Shown here in pieces: positions 1 to 9,873 of a DNA stretch of 64,000 nucleotides. How positions within the stretch are numbered: the first letter of the stretch is position 1; each line of letters begins with the position of its first letter. The stretch lies in the NCBI GenBank assembly GCA_003142375.1, contig PLME01000005.1:114582-178581 (forward strand), in the 5' to 3' direction. Made by a program: the position numbers and the translations under genes. The DNA is from Dehalococcoidia bacterium (lineage in GTDB: Bacteria; Chloroflexota; Dehalococcoidia; GIF9; UBA5629). Under the pieces are notes generated by a model. It ran no database searches, had not been told where the DNA came from, and saw nothing but the letters and a program-made list of their open reading frames with translations.

Positions 1-409
1 GCGCTGTCGGGATAGTATGCTGGGTGATAAAGTCTACCCAGGAGCCTTCGGCCCGCTGACCGCCCATCAACCTTGACATGGCGACTGCATGGAAGGAATA
101 TGTTGTGCCAGAAGTTAGCCCGGAGAGGCCAATACTGAAGCTGCCCGGCCCGCTCATCGTTTGCCGTGATGTGGACTGCCCGTCCGATGTCTCGAAAAAT
201 ACCTCGACCGTGCTGTAAGGTCCAATCGATCCCAGGTAGCCGTTCAATACCGCCGAAGATTCGGTAACGCTGGTGGCGCCGGATGTGGAAACCGCGATGC
301 TCTCTTCTCCTATAGGTCCGGGCATAGGTTCAACCTGGGCAAAGACGGGCGCGCCCGTCAGGGCAAGAAGGATTAAAGCGCAAAACGCAGCAGACAACCT
401 GTACAACAT
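1..409 (-). CDS. Secreted protein with fibronectin type III-like domain (partial, runs off window start; absent from ORF track)
   Basis: Manual translation MLYRLSAAFCALILLALTGAPVFAQ...VSTSGATSVTESSAVLNGYL...SGLTSGTTYSFHAVA; signal peptide; GGAGG RBS upstream of ATG at 409. Confidence 0.75.
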   Translation of the reverse strand, partial: MLYRLSAAFCALILLALTGAPVFAQVEPMPGPIGEESIAVSTSGATSVTESSAVLNGYLGSIGPYSTVEVFFETSDGQSTSRQTMSGPGSFSIGLSGLTSGTTYSFHAVAMSRLMGGQRAEGSWVDFITQHTIPTA

Positions 410-717
410 ATTGTCCTCCACAAGCATTAATATTGGACCTTAAACCCGGCCCGGTTACATGGCAGCTCAACCGGGTCAAGTTATGATACTATTGTGCCTT
501 GAACCAGATTTTATTTCAATGGGTTTCCCTACATTCGCAATCCATCATACCGTAGAGCGGCTTTTGAGTGTCAATCACCTTTTAGTACCATGACCGGTTC
601 AAGCAGGCTGCCATCGAAAATTGTACTTGGTTTTGAAGCGGTGCTAAAATTTGTCGCAATGCGTTCATTGGCGCCGTTTATACGATCCCCATATAAATAA
701 CAGTGAAGGAATCCCGT

Positions 718-1563
718 ATGAAAATATTTATTTCGCATAGCAGATTTATATCCCTTTTTGGGCTTTTATTGATTGTTCTCCTGCTGGTTATCTCTGTAAC
801 CGGCTGTCAATCATCGGCACCGCAGGGTTATAAAGGCGATCCGGAGGCCGTCCAGTTGAATGAGCTCGGGATCAAGTTCTATAACGGGGGGTTTTACGAT
901 AAGGCGTCCCTGAATTTCGGCAAGGCTATGAAGATCGACCCCGGCAACCCGGCGATCTGGTTCAATAACGGCCAGGCCCTGGATGCGATGAAAAAATACG
1001 ATGAGGCCATTGACTCTTATAACCAGGCCATCAAGCTGGACCCCAATTTCGCCGATGCCTATGCCAACAGGGCTCTTTCCTACTATGACAAGGAAGAATA
1101 CGACCAGGCGCTGGACAGCATCAATAAAGCCATAAATATAAACGGCAATGTGGCAAGGTACTGGAATACCAAGGGGCTTATTTTGTTCGTGCAGAACAAA
1201 TTCAATGAGTCGATTGACAGCTATCAGAAAGACGTTTCGATAGACCCGGGCAATGCGGATGCCTGGACGATGCTGGCCAATGCCCAGATAAGCGCCAAGA
1301 AATATGATAATGCCATAGCTTCCTGCGATAAAGCCCTTTCCATTGATCAGGCCAATGCTCAGGCCTGGGGCTACAGGGCCGGGGCGCTTTATGAGCTGAG
1401 AAGGTATGATGAAGCCCTGATAGCATTCGATAAGGGGCTGGCCATACAGCCGAATAACCCGGCCCTCTGGTACAGCAAAGGTGTCACGCTGGAAACTTTG
1501 AAACGCAACACTGAAGCTCAAAAATGCTACGATAAGGCGAGGTCGCTGGGCTACCAGTTCTAA
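718..1563 (+). CDS. TPR-repeat lipoprotein
   Basis: Lipobox VTGC; tandem 34-aa TPR repeats (AIKLDPNFADAYANRA); ATG at 718 preferred over GTG 703. Confidence 0.85.
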   Translation: MKIFISHSRFISLFGLLLIVLLLVISVTGCQSSAPQGYKGDPEAVQLNELGIKFYNGGFYDKASLNFGKAMKIDPGNPAIWFNNGQALDAMKKYDEAIDSYNQAIKLDPNFADAYANRALSYYDKEEYDQALDSINKAININGNVARYWNTKGLILFVQNKFNESIDSYQKDVSIDPGNADAWTMLANAQISAKKYDNAIASCDKALSIDQANAQAWGYRAGALYELRRYDEALIAFDKGLAIQPNNPALWYSKGVTLETLKRNTEAQKCYDKARSLGYQF

Positions 1564-1676
1564 TTTTACACATGTCTCTTTCACTACCATTTTTTCTACC
1601 TGTCGTGTTACCCTATTAATGGAGGTTCTATGAGAACCGGCGATGCCGCGGGGCAGCGTCCCGGTGCTGGAAAAAT

Positions 1677-2258
1677 GTGCTTATGGATACACCTGAACTT
1701 CACGTAACTGAAGAGAACGGCCGAAGAAAGCTGGATATCGATATCAGGGATATGGGTGTGGATGACATACCCGCGGTCTTTCACCTGGGCGAGCAGGTCT
1801 TTACAGCCGATAAAACTCCCACTCTTTATCGTACCTGGGATGAATTCGAAGTCGTTTCCATGTTCAACGCCGATACCGATTACTGCCTCGTGGCTGAGCT
1901 CGAGGACCAGATCATCGGCTTCACCCTGGGCAATGTGGTGGAAAAAAAGAAATCAGCCTGGAAGTACGGCTATGTCGTGTGGCTGGTGGTATCCCCCGAG
2001 TTTCAGAGAATCGGCGTCGCCAGCAGGCTTTTCAATAAGCTAACCGATAAAATGGTTGAAGATGGGGTGCGCATGTTTCTGGTAGATACGGAGGCGGACA
2101 ACCTGCCCGCACTTCAATTCTTCCGTTCCAGAGGCTTCGGCAATCCCCAGCAGCATATTTACATGACCTATAACCCGGCTACCATTGAGCAGCAAAAGGA
2201 AAAGAAGCGTGGTTCGAGAGGCAAGAAAAATGGGAACGACCACAGGCGCAACAGCTGA
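1677..2258 (+). CDS. GNAT family N-acetyltransferase
   Basis: Motif A VSPEFQRIGVASRL and motif B NLPALQFFRSRGF. Confidence 0.85.
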   Translation: MLMDTPELHVTEENGRRKLDIDIRDMGVDDIPAVFHLGEQVFTADKTPTLYRTWDEFEVVSMFNADTDYCLVAELEDQIIGFTLGNVVEKKKSAWKYGYVVWLVVSPEFQRIGVASRLFNKLTDKMVEDGVRMFLVDTEADNLPALQFFRSRGFGNPQQHIYMTYNPATIEQQKEKKRGSRGKKNGNDHRRNS

Positions 2259-3345
2259 AGTACAGCCGGAAAGGCTGAAAAAGCTCCTCAAGGATATGGT
2301 GGATATCTACAGCCCCTCCGGCAAGGAGGAGGAGATACTCCAGTTCAGCGAGGACTATCTCAAGGCGGCCGGCCTCAAAGTTAAACGGCAGACTGTGGAT
2401 GAGAACCGCTATAACATCGTGGTATTGCCCCCCAAGACCGATGAGGTCGATCTTTGCTTCGTGGGCCATCTGGATACCGTGACGGCCCATGACCTGGACG
2501 ATTTCGGCTTTTATGAGGAGGAAGAGAAGGTCTTCGGCCTGGGCAGCTCGGATATGAAAGCCGGCTGTGCGGCCATGATCGAGGCCTTTGCTGTTCTTGC
2601 CCAGAAGATGAGCCGTTTTCCCTCCGTAGGGCTGGCGTTGGTAGTGGGTGAAGAGGAGGAGAGCGACGGCGCCAAGACCCTGGTGCGTGAATACCGCTTC
2701 CCCTGGGCGGTTGTCGCCGAGCCTACCAATATGGTTCCCTGCCTGGGCCACTATGGCTACCTTGAGGTGCTGCTGCGCACGCGTGGCAAGAAAGCGCATT
2801 CCTCCATGCCCGAGTTGGGCCAGAACGCCATCGAGAGCATGCTCAAACTGCTGCTGGATGTGACGGGGTATGCCACCTCTGTATCCAGCGGGCTGGTTTA
2901 CAATATACGTCAACTTTCGGGCTTCCCAGGCGGCTTCGTGGTGCCGGATACCTGCGAAGCCTGGCTGGATTTGCACTTGCCTCCCGATTCCCGCATGGAT
3001 GTGCTTAAAGCGGAGCTGGAGGAGCTGGTGGAGAATGCAGGCCGGGAGATAAAAGCACTGGACGCCTACATACGCTTCGAAAATACACAGTCGGGGTACC
3101 GTATATCTCAGGAGAGGCCGCTGGTACGCAAGCTGCGTGAGGTATGCAAGGCCATGAAAATTGCCTGGGAGACACAGGACTTCCGCAGCCATTCGGATGG
3201 CAATGTGCTGTGGGGAGCGGGCGTCGACCCTATAATACTGGGACCCGGACGGCTGGAGACGGCGCACACGCCGGAGGAGTCGGTCAACTTCAACCAGGTG
3301 GTGCAGGCGGCGCAGCTATACCTCAATTTTGCCCTGGCGTTGTAA
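2230..3345 (+). CDS. M20 family metallopeptidase/deacylase (ArgE/DapE-like)
   Basis: GHLDTV, GLGSSDMKAG, VGEEE, VAEPT, AHSS, AHTPEE motifs; ATG 2230 overlaps GNAT 3' end. Confidence 0.85.
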   Translation: MGTTTGATAEVQPERLKKLLKDMVDIYSPSGKEEEILQFSEDYLKAAGLKVKRQTVDENRYNIVVLPPKTDEVDLCFVGHLDTVTAHDLDDFGFYEEEEKVFGLGSSDMKAGCAAMIEAFAVLAQKMSRFPSVGLALVVGEEEESDGAKTLVREYRFPWAVVAEPTNMVPCLGHYGYLEVLLRTRGKKAHSSMPELGQNAIESMLKLLLDVTGYATSVSSGLVYNIRQLSGFPGGFVVPDTCEAWLDLHLPPDSRMDVLKAELEELVENAGREIKALDAYIRFENTQSGYRISQERPLVRKLREVCKAMKIAWETQDFRSHSDGNVLWGAGVDPIILGPGRLETAHTPEESVNFNQVVQAAQLYLNFALAL

Positions 3346-3488
3346 TGTGTATTATGTGTGTCCTGTTTGCGGTTATACGGTGGGGAAAAATGTGCCCGAC
3401 CTGTGCCCGGTCTGCGCCACCAAGGGCAAGCTGTTCAAGAAAATAGACTAAGCTCCCCCCCAACTATCCCATGAAACCACGTGAGCCA

Positions 3489-3516
3489 TTGACATGGACT
3501 GATACGATGGTACAAT
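3489..3516 (+). promoter_or_regulatory. Sigma70-type promoter for the small membrane ORF (near-leaderless)
   Basis: TTGACA-16nt-TACAAT with TG extension; ATG 4 nt downstream. Confidence 0.5.
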
Positions 3517-3520
3517 ATGT

Positions 3521-3724
3521 ATGTTGGGAGGCAGAAGAGGTTTGCCCGGGAATAAGAAAGCTAGAAATAAACGCCTTTCTTGTTTGTTATATCTTTTAGC
3601 AGCTTCAGCATTAGGTGTGGCAGGGCCAATATTTCTGACTTTACCCTATGAGCAGAAATGGTTTGCTGTTATTCCAATTATATTGTTCATAGTTTTTATA
3701 TTCTTTGCTCCTGAATATGATTGA
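3521..3724 (+). CDS. Small two-TM membrane protein, unknown function
   Basis: 67-aa AT-rich ORF with two hydrophobic segments; consensus promoter immediately upstream. Confidence 0.5.
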   Translation: MLGGRRGLPGNKKARNKRLSCLLYLLAASALGVAGPIFLTLPYEQKWFAVIPIILFIVFIFFAPEYD

Positions 3725-3823
3725 GCCAGATAGGGTGAGGCACGTGGCTTGAAGGGATACTTACCTTAAAAAATTGTAATTTGTTTTGTATTTAGGTTTG
3801 GGGTTTAGAATTTCCCGCAGGGG

Positions 3824-4717
3824 TTAGACCTTCTCGTCGCTCATGATATCCAGGTAGATATCTTCCAGGGCGGACTGTGTGATAGCCAGGTCAACCAGCG
3901 CCCAGTCGTTATCCGATATCTTGCGCAACAGGTTGGCCATCTCCTCTATATTGGAGGTCTTGACGCTGTAGTTGCCGTCCTTGCGGGGATAGTCGAGGTT
4001 GAATTCCGATTTGAAAACTATCTCGAACTCGCGACGCCCCAGACTCTTGCGAAGGTTATCCATTGTATCGAATACCATCAGCTTGCCGCGTTTTAAGATG
4101 GCTATGCGGTTGCAGATATACTCGACGTGGAATAGGTTATGGGCGCTGAGGATGATGGTCTTGCCCTCCTGGGGCAGCCTTTTCAGGTAGTCGATGATAA
4201 AGAAGGATGTCAGGGGATCCAGGCCCGTGTTAGGCTCGTCCAGTATCAGAAGCTCGGGATCGTGTATCAAGGTTCGGGCTATGGATACTTTGCGTTTCAT
4301 GCCCTTGGACATCTCGCCAATCAGCTTTTTGCCCGCCTCCAGCTTCAGCGAATCAAGTAGCGCCTCGCCTCGCTCGGAGGCCTTTTTGCGGGGCATGCCG
4401 TAGATATCGGCGAAGAAACCCAGGTATTCCTGGGCGGTCATGTTTTCGTAGAGAGGGTTTTCCTCCGGCAGGTAGCCCAGGTACTTCTTGATTTTAAGCC
4501 CGTTTTTCTGGATATCCTGTCCCATCACAGTCAGGGAGCCGCTCGTGGGGGCGATCAGCCCCACCATCATCTTGAGGGTAGTGGTCTTGCCAGCGCCGTT
4601 GTGCCCGATGATACCTACGATCTCACCGCGGTTAACGGCCAGATCGAGCTCATCTACAGCGGCGAAGCTGCCGTAGTATTTGGAGATTTTATCCAGTTTG
4701 ACGATCGTTTCTCGCAT
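3824..4717 (-). CDS. ABC exporter ATP-binding protein (DrrA/NatA-like)
   Basis: Walker A GHNGAGKTT, signature MSKGMK, Walker B LLILDEP; likely start MRETIV at 4717. Confidence 0.9.
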   Translation of the reverse strand: MRETIVKLDKISKYYGSFAAVDELDLAVNRGEIVGIIGHNGAGKTTTLKMMVGLIAPTSGSLTVMGQDIQKNGLKIKKYLGYLPEENPLYENMTAQEYLGFFADIYGMPRKKASERGEALLDSLKLEAGKKLIGEMSKGMKRKVSIARTLIHDPELLILDEPNTGLDPLTSFFIIDYLKRLPQEGKTIILSAHNLFHVEYICNRIAILKRGKLMVFDTMDNLRKSLGRREFEIVFKSEFNLDYPRKDGNYSVKTSNIEEMANLLRKISDNDWALVDLAITQSALEDIYLDIMSDEKV

Positions 4718-4749
4718 TATCTTACCGGTCGAGTATAGAATATCAGGCA

Positions 4750-6564
4750 ATGCGCAATGTTCTGATTATAGCAGGTCGGGAGATAATGCGCCTGCGGGCC
4801 CGCTTCGGCGGCAAGATGATCACGGCTGTGCTTATACTGGCAGCTTGTGCAGCAGGCGTCTCATTCATGGTTTTCCAACAGGGTATGGTACTGGCCAAGG
4901 ACTTCTATATAATAGGGGTTTCCCCCAATGCGCCGATATTGGACGATCAGCGCTTCCACATCGTGCAGGTTCCCATCGCTGACAGCGCCCAGGTGCTTAA
5001 GGATAAGCGAATAGACGTTTACCTGACCGGCGCGTCGCTTTACTATCGTAATGATGACCGCTCGCAGTATGCTGCGGGTGCCATGAAGACTTACCTGGGA
5101 AAGCGTGAAATTGCCCTGCTGGCCCAAAATTACCCGCTCAACCAGGCCTTCCCTTTGAGGGTGGAGATCAACTACCTTAAAGCGCCTGCCACGGATATCG
5201 GCTCGGCTTCGCCATTGACGCTGGCCGACATCCTGAGCAAGGCCGCCAAGGAGAAGGCGGCCGCTTCTCCGCCGACCGGAGGCGACATCACGGAAGGCGC
5301 CGGCTCCCAGCCCTTGCCGCCCGGGGAAGCCATTCCCAACGAGACCGATGAGATGGTCCGCCAGCAGCTCCAGGGGCTGCAGAGCGCCAAGCTGATACCT
5401 GAGTTCAAGGCCGAGTTTGCCGGCCAGGGGGAGGTAATAGTACCCTCACTGATGAGCCCGCCCATCCCGCTGGCCCAGGTGATGCTGGCCTTTGCCTATA
5501 TATTGCCTATCTTCTTCATCAGCATCTTTTTCACCAGCGGCTTTTTGGAAGAGAAGCTGGATCGCAAGCTCAATATCCTGCTCTCCGCTCCCATAAGCCC
5601 ATTTCAGATCATTATCGGCAAGATGCTGCCCTATATAGGCTACTCGCTGCTTATCGTGATCCTTATTACACTGGTGCTGCACGGCAACCTGCTGCTGGCA
5701 CTGGCCATCTTTTTCCCTGTCATACTCTTCATCTTCGCCATCTATTTAGGAGTAGCCCTACAGTACCGCACCTTCAAGGACCAGACCTTCTTCTCGCTGG
5801 TGGCGGTGACGGGCATCACCGGCTACCTGGTTTTCCCGGCCATGTTCGTAGGAATCAACGATTTGAGCTACGTATCCCCGCTCACCCTGGCGGTGCAGAT
5901 GTACCGCGGTGTGGATATTACCCCGTACCAGTACATGCTCTCCACGGTGCCCATGCTGCTCATCTTCGTGCTGGCTGTAACGGTGGGCAGTCGTGTCTTC
6001 AATGAGGAATACTTGCTCAGCTTCCGGCCGCTGCATGTCAAGATACGCGATGCCATCTATTACGCCATGAACAAGAGCCATTTGGCGATATCAACCGCTA
6101 TCTTCTCACTACTCTTCATCCCGGTGGTCTTCATGGTGGAAATGGGCGTCATCACCATATCCTTCAACCTGCCTAAGGCGCTGGCCCTGGGCTTCAGCCT
6201 CTTCATCTGCGTGATCATCGAGGAAATCGCCAAATCTCTGACGGTGGTGGTAACCATCGAGCACAGGCTGGTTAAACGCTGGTTCCAGGTGCTCGTCCTG
6301 GCGCTGGTCTCGGCCGCCTTCTTCTTCATAGGCGAAAAGCTTCTATTGTTTATGTCGCTCAAGGTCATCTCCGAATCGCTTTTCACCACTGCCGTATTCG
6401 CCGGCAATATGCTGTGGATACCGCTGCTGGTGCATATGGGCTGCACTTCGGCCGTCTGCCTGATAACCTGGAAAACGGGCCTCAAGGGCTACCCGCTGGC
6501 GGTGCTGGTCGGCTCCCTTCTGCACGGCCTGTATAACCTGTCGCTGATAGGGGTGTTCAAATGA
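4750..6564 (+). CDS. ABC-2 type permease fused to C-terminal PrsW-like intramembrane metalloprotease domain
   Basis: ABC-2 motif EEKLDRKLNILLSAPISPFQIIIGK; C-terminal IEEIAK ... F-F-x-GEK ... H ... HGLYN pattern of PrsW/CPBP clan. Confidence 0.75.
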   Translation: MRNVLIIAGREIMRLRARFGGKMITAVLILAACAAGVSFMVFQQGMVLAKDFYIIGVSPNAPILDDQRFHIVQVPIADSAQVLKDKRIDVYLTGASLYYRNDDRSQYAAGAMKTYLGKREIALLAQNYPLNQAFPLRVEINYLKAPATDIGSASPLTLADILSKAAKEKAAASPPTGGDITEGAGSQPLPPGEAIPNETDEMVRQQLQGLQSAKLIPEFKAEFAGQGEVIVPSLMSPPIPLAQVMLAFAYILPIFFISIFFTSGFLEEKLDRKLNILLSAPISPFQIIIGKMLPYIGYSLLIVILITLVLHGNLLLALAIFFPVILFIFAIYLGVALQYRTFKDQTFFSLVAVTGITGYLVFPAMFVGINDLSYVSPLTLAVQMYRGVDITPYQYMLSTVPMLLIFVLAVTVGSRVFNEEYLLSFRPLHVKIRDAIYYAMNKSHLAISTAIFSLLFIPVVFMVEMGVITISFNLPKALALGFSLFICVIIEEIAKSLTVVVTIEHRLVKRWFQVLVLALVSAAFFFIGEKLLLFMSLKVISESLFTTAVFAGNMLWIPLLVHMGCTSAVCLITWKTGLKGYPLAVLVGSLLHGLYNLSLIGVFK

Positions 6565-7595
6565 GGGGCTTTATGGCCATGGTCTGGCGCGAGATGAAGG
6601 CGCTGCGCAAGGAAAAGACCATCATGTTCGCCATCCTCATTCAGCTTTTCATAGCCTCCTTCTCGTCGGTCATACTGCTGGGCATCATGGTCTATTATGA
6701 CCCCGGTTCCATAAGTCAGAACTCGCAGGTCGGACTTGACGTGGGCGTGATCGGTAATCATAACAGCATGTTAATTAAGTACCTGGTGGACCGCAATTAC
6801 CGTGTGCGGATTTACGACGATGCTTCACGTGCAGAGGCATCCTTTAAGGCCGGTAGGCTGGACGCCATAGTAATCCTGCCCGATTCGGATAAAGGCGTGG
6901 TGAATATGAAGCTGGTGCTGCCGGACATGGATGCCCAGGCCACGCTGGCGCTGATGCTGCTTAAGGATCCCATGGAGCGCTATGAAAACTACCTTCGCGA
7001 TCAGGAGGGGGTTACGCTCAGGTATCACGATGTCCAGGGTAAGCCCTTCACTACCTACGAGTTTCTGTATACGCTCATCATTCCCATTTTGATGTTCTTC
7101 CCGGCCTTCATTGCAGGCAGTATGGTGATCGACTCAATCTCGGAGGAGGTGGAAAACAAGACCCTGGATACACTGCTTTCGGCGCCCGTATCCATCAACT
7201 ATATCACCGGCGCCAAGATCATAGCCTCGGTGGTGGTGGGCGCCTTTCAATGCATACTCTGGATTGTGCTGCTGGGCTTCAACGGCTTCAGCATCCAGAA
7301 TGCCGGTTGGATATTGTTGCTGTCGATCATGATCACGGGCATAATTGCCATCCTGGCGCTGCTGGTGGCGCTGGTCTTCCGCGACCGGGAGAGGTCGCAG
7401 TTCATTTACTCACTGGTGATACTGGTGCTCTTCGCACTAACCTATTTCATCAGCCCCTCGCCCTTTGCCCTGGTGGCCCGCCTGGCCACGGCAGACCCCT
7501 ATGTGGGTGCAACCCAACTGATAATTTATTTTGTCATGCTGGCCGTTCTGGTTGCAGCTACTCCCTTCGTCACCAGAAAATTGATGAGCAACTGA
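6561..7595 (+). CDS. ABC-2 type permease
   Basis: SEEVENKTLDTLLSAPVS motif; multiple TMs; ATGA overlap with upstream permease. Confidence 0.85.
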   Translation: MRGFMAMVWREMKALRKEKTIMFAILIQLFIASFSSVILLGIMVYYDPGSISQNSQVGLDVGVIGNHNSMLIKYLVDRNYRVRIYDDASRAEASFKAGRLDAIVILPDSDKGVVNMKLVLPDMDAQATLALMLLKDPMERYENYLRDQEGVTLRYHDVQGKPFTTYEFLYTLIIPILMFFPAFIAGSMVIDSISEEVENKTLDTLLSAPVSINYITGAKIIASVVVGAFQCILWIVLLGFNGFSIQNAGWILLLSIMITGIIAILALLVALVFRDRERSQFIYSLVILVLFALTYFISPSPFALVARLATADPYVGATQLIIYFVMLAVLVAATPFVTRKLMSN

Positions 7596-7660
7596 TAAAA
7601 TTCCAAATTTGATTGGAATTTGAATTTTGACAGTTGCAATTATCACCTCGAAAACCCGTA

Positions 7661-7689
7661 TTGACAACCATCACTCATTGGTCTAAAGT
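7661..7689 (+). promoter_or_regulatory. Sigma70-type promoter of the DUF2779 gene
   Basis: TTGACA-17nt-TAAAGT. Confidence 0.5.
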
Positions 7690-7751
7690 ACGCAAAAAGA
7701 TACCCTGTATCCCGCAATGGCGGAGCGTGGCTGAAGGAGACGTGAAGAAAA

Positions 7752-9245
7752 ATGTCCCCCATTTTATCCAAGACCAGCTTCCTGTACGGCCTGCAGTGCC
7801 ATAAGTACCTTTGGACGCAGTTGCATGACCAGAAAAGCATCCCGCGGGCCGATGCCGCCATGCAGTTCATCTTCGACCAGGGTCATGAGGTCGGCGATCT
7901 GGCCAGGAAGCTCTTCCCCGACGGCATCAATGTCCCGACGGATGACTTTGCCGCCAACACACGGATCACGCGGGAAAATTTAGGCGGGGACAAACCGCTT
8001 TTCGAGCCCGGTATCTCAGCGGGGAATCTCTATTGCCGTGTGGACATACTCAACCCCGCCGGCGACGGCGCCTGGGACATCATCGAGGTCAAGAGTGTCA
8101 CCAGCGTAAAGGACGTCAATATCTGGGATGTAGCCTTTCAGAGGCAGTGCTGTGAGAACGCCGGCCTAAAAATCCGCAATTGCAAAGTAGCCTATATCAA
8201 CACGCGTTACGTAAGGCACGGCGAGATAGACCCGCACCAGCTTTTTATCATCGAGGATATCACCGGCAGGGTCAACGAATACGGCGATACTTTAAAAGAT
8301 AAAACAGACGAGATACTGGATGTTATGGGCAGGACGCAGTGCCCGGAAGTGGGTATTGGGCCGCACTGCAACGCTCCTTACGAATGTCCGCTGCAGGGGG
8401 CATGCTGGGCTTTCCTGCCGGAGCACAGTATCTTCGACCTTTACTGGGGCGGCAAAAAGCGCTACGAGCTGTTTGAAAGCGGGGTCGTCAATATCCTCGA
8501 TATACCCGAGGACTGCGGGCTGAACGGCAAGCAGCAGATACAGGTCAGATGTGTTGCCAGCGGCGAGCCGCACGTGGACAGGGAGGGCATCCGCAGCTTC
8601 CTCAATTCTCTGGAATATCCGGTATACTATCTTGATTTCGAGACCTTCAGCACGGCCATTCCGCTTTTCGACGGCACGCGTCCCTATCAGCAGATACCCT
8701 TTCAGTTTTCCCTGCATGTGGCAGAGAAAAGGGAAGGGGAAGTAAAGCACTATGGCTACCTGGCCGAAGGCAGGGGCGACCCCCGACCGCGACTGGTGGA
8801 GGCGCTAAGAAAAGAGTTGGGAGATAAGGGCAGCATCGTGGCTTACTATGCCCCTTTTGAGAAGCAGGTGCTGTCGGAGCTGGCCGACGCCTTCCCTTCT
8901 TGCAGGGAGTGGGTTGATGGGTTACAGGGCCGGATTCTCGATCTGCTCAAGCCCTTCAGCAGCTTCTATTACTATCATCCGGAACAGAGGGGCAGCGCCT
9001 CGCTTAAAAAGGTGTTGCCGGCACTGACCGGGATCAGCTACGATGACCTGGATATCAACGACGGTAAGTTAGCTGGGGTGGCTTTCATGGCGGCAACCTA
9101 TAGCAGCGATGATGAACAGGAACGGTTGAAGATCAGGCATGGCCTGGAGGAATACTGCGGGCAGGATACCGGTGGAATGGTGGAGATCATCAAAAAGCTC
9201 GATGACATGACGGGCAAGGAATATCAGAACCCGTTGCCGCTATAG
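7752..9245 (+). CDS. DUF2779 protein (PD-(D/E)XK/Cas4-like nuclease domain plus RNase H-like exonuclease domain)
   Basis: LSKT..GLQC N-terminus, VDIL...IIEVKS, Cys cluster HCNAPYECPLQGAC, YLDFET...PYQQIPFQFS, SLKKVLP, YCGQD. Confidence 0.8.
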   Translation: MSPILSKTSFLYGLQCHKYLWTQLHDQKSIPRADAAMQFIFDQGHEVGDLARKLFPDGINVPTDDFAANTRITRENLGGDKPLFEPGISAGNLYCRVDILNPAGDGAWDIIEVKSVTSVKDVNIWDVAFQRQCCENAGLKIRNCKVAYINTRYVRHGEIDPHQLFIIEDITGRVNEYGDTLKDKTDEILDVMGRTQCPEVGIGPHCNAPYECPLQGACWAFLPEHSIFDLYWGGKKRYELFESGVVNILDIPEDCGLNGKQQIQVRCVASGEPHVDREGIRSFLNSLEYPVYYLDFETFSTAIPLFDGTRPYQQIPFQFSLHVAEKREGEVKHYGYLAEGRGDPRPRLVEALRKELGDKGSIVAYYAPFEKQVLSELADAFPSCREWVDGLQGRILDLLKPFSSFYYYHPEQRGSASLKKVLPALTGISYDDLDINDGKLAGVAFMAATYSSDDEQERLKIRHGLEEYCGQDTGGMVEIIKKLDDMTGKEYQNPLPL

Positions 9246-9794
9246 AGTGGTCAGCTCGTCGATGGACATCTCCTTCACATCATCGTGCAGCATCAGAAAC
9301 AAGTCGAGAGTATAGTCGGCATCTTTGTTGGGGTCGTGCATCAATAGCGGGCCGAAATCGGGCGACTGGGCCAGTACCGGGCGGTAAGCGTTCACCAGCT
9401 TCTCCATGGCTTTCAGGTCGCCGCTCTCCTGGAAAATGCGCATATAGTACATACCTATGTAATAAAAGGGCGGGAACACATTGGGGTTGATTTTCACAGC
9501 CCGGTTGAAGATTTCAAAGGACTCTTGAATCCTGCCCAGGTTATACAGGCAGATGCCCTTATTGGTAAGGGCCATCACGTTATCGGGCTCCTTTTCCAGT
9601 GCTTTATTGAAACATCCGGTAGCCTCGGCATCCTCTTCCAGCTTAAAATGGCACAGGCCTTTCTTGAAGATATCATCGAAGGTCAACTCATCGCCGTGCC
9701 GGGCAGCAAGCTCGACACATTGCTCCATAGATTTGAGGTATTCATCTTCCTCGAAATAGTCATCTCTAAGCTTGCGCAGGTCGTCGATTTTCAC
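9240..9794 (-). CDS. TPR-repeat protein
   Basis: TPR repeats (ALEKEPDNVMALTNKGICLYNLG). Confidence 0.75.
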   Translation of the reverse strand: MKIDDLRKLRDDYFEEDEYLKSMEQCVELAARHGDELTFDDIFKKGLCHFKLEEDAEATGCFNKALEKEPDNVMALTNKGICLYNLGRIQESFEIFNRAVKINPNVFPPFYYIGMYYMRIFQESGDLKAMEKLVNAYRPVLAQSPDFGPLLMHDPNKDADYTLDLFLMLHDDVKEMSIDELTTL

Positions 9795-9873
9795 AATTTA
9801 CTCCTTAAAACGACTATAATAAACGATAACATAACAGGCGGAGGCCTCCAAATATGAGTTTGCAGTAATTTCC

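Noticed and set aside
811-3267. Long antisense ORFs 811-1590 and 2179-3267
   Set aside because: Shadows of well-supported TPR and M20 genes, with no recognisable motifs
7752-9245. cas4 of a CRISPR-Cas locus
   Set aside because: Cas4-like fold only; fused exonuclease domain, and no cas1/cas2 or array in the window
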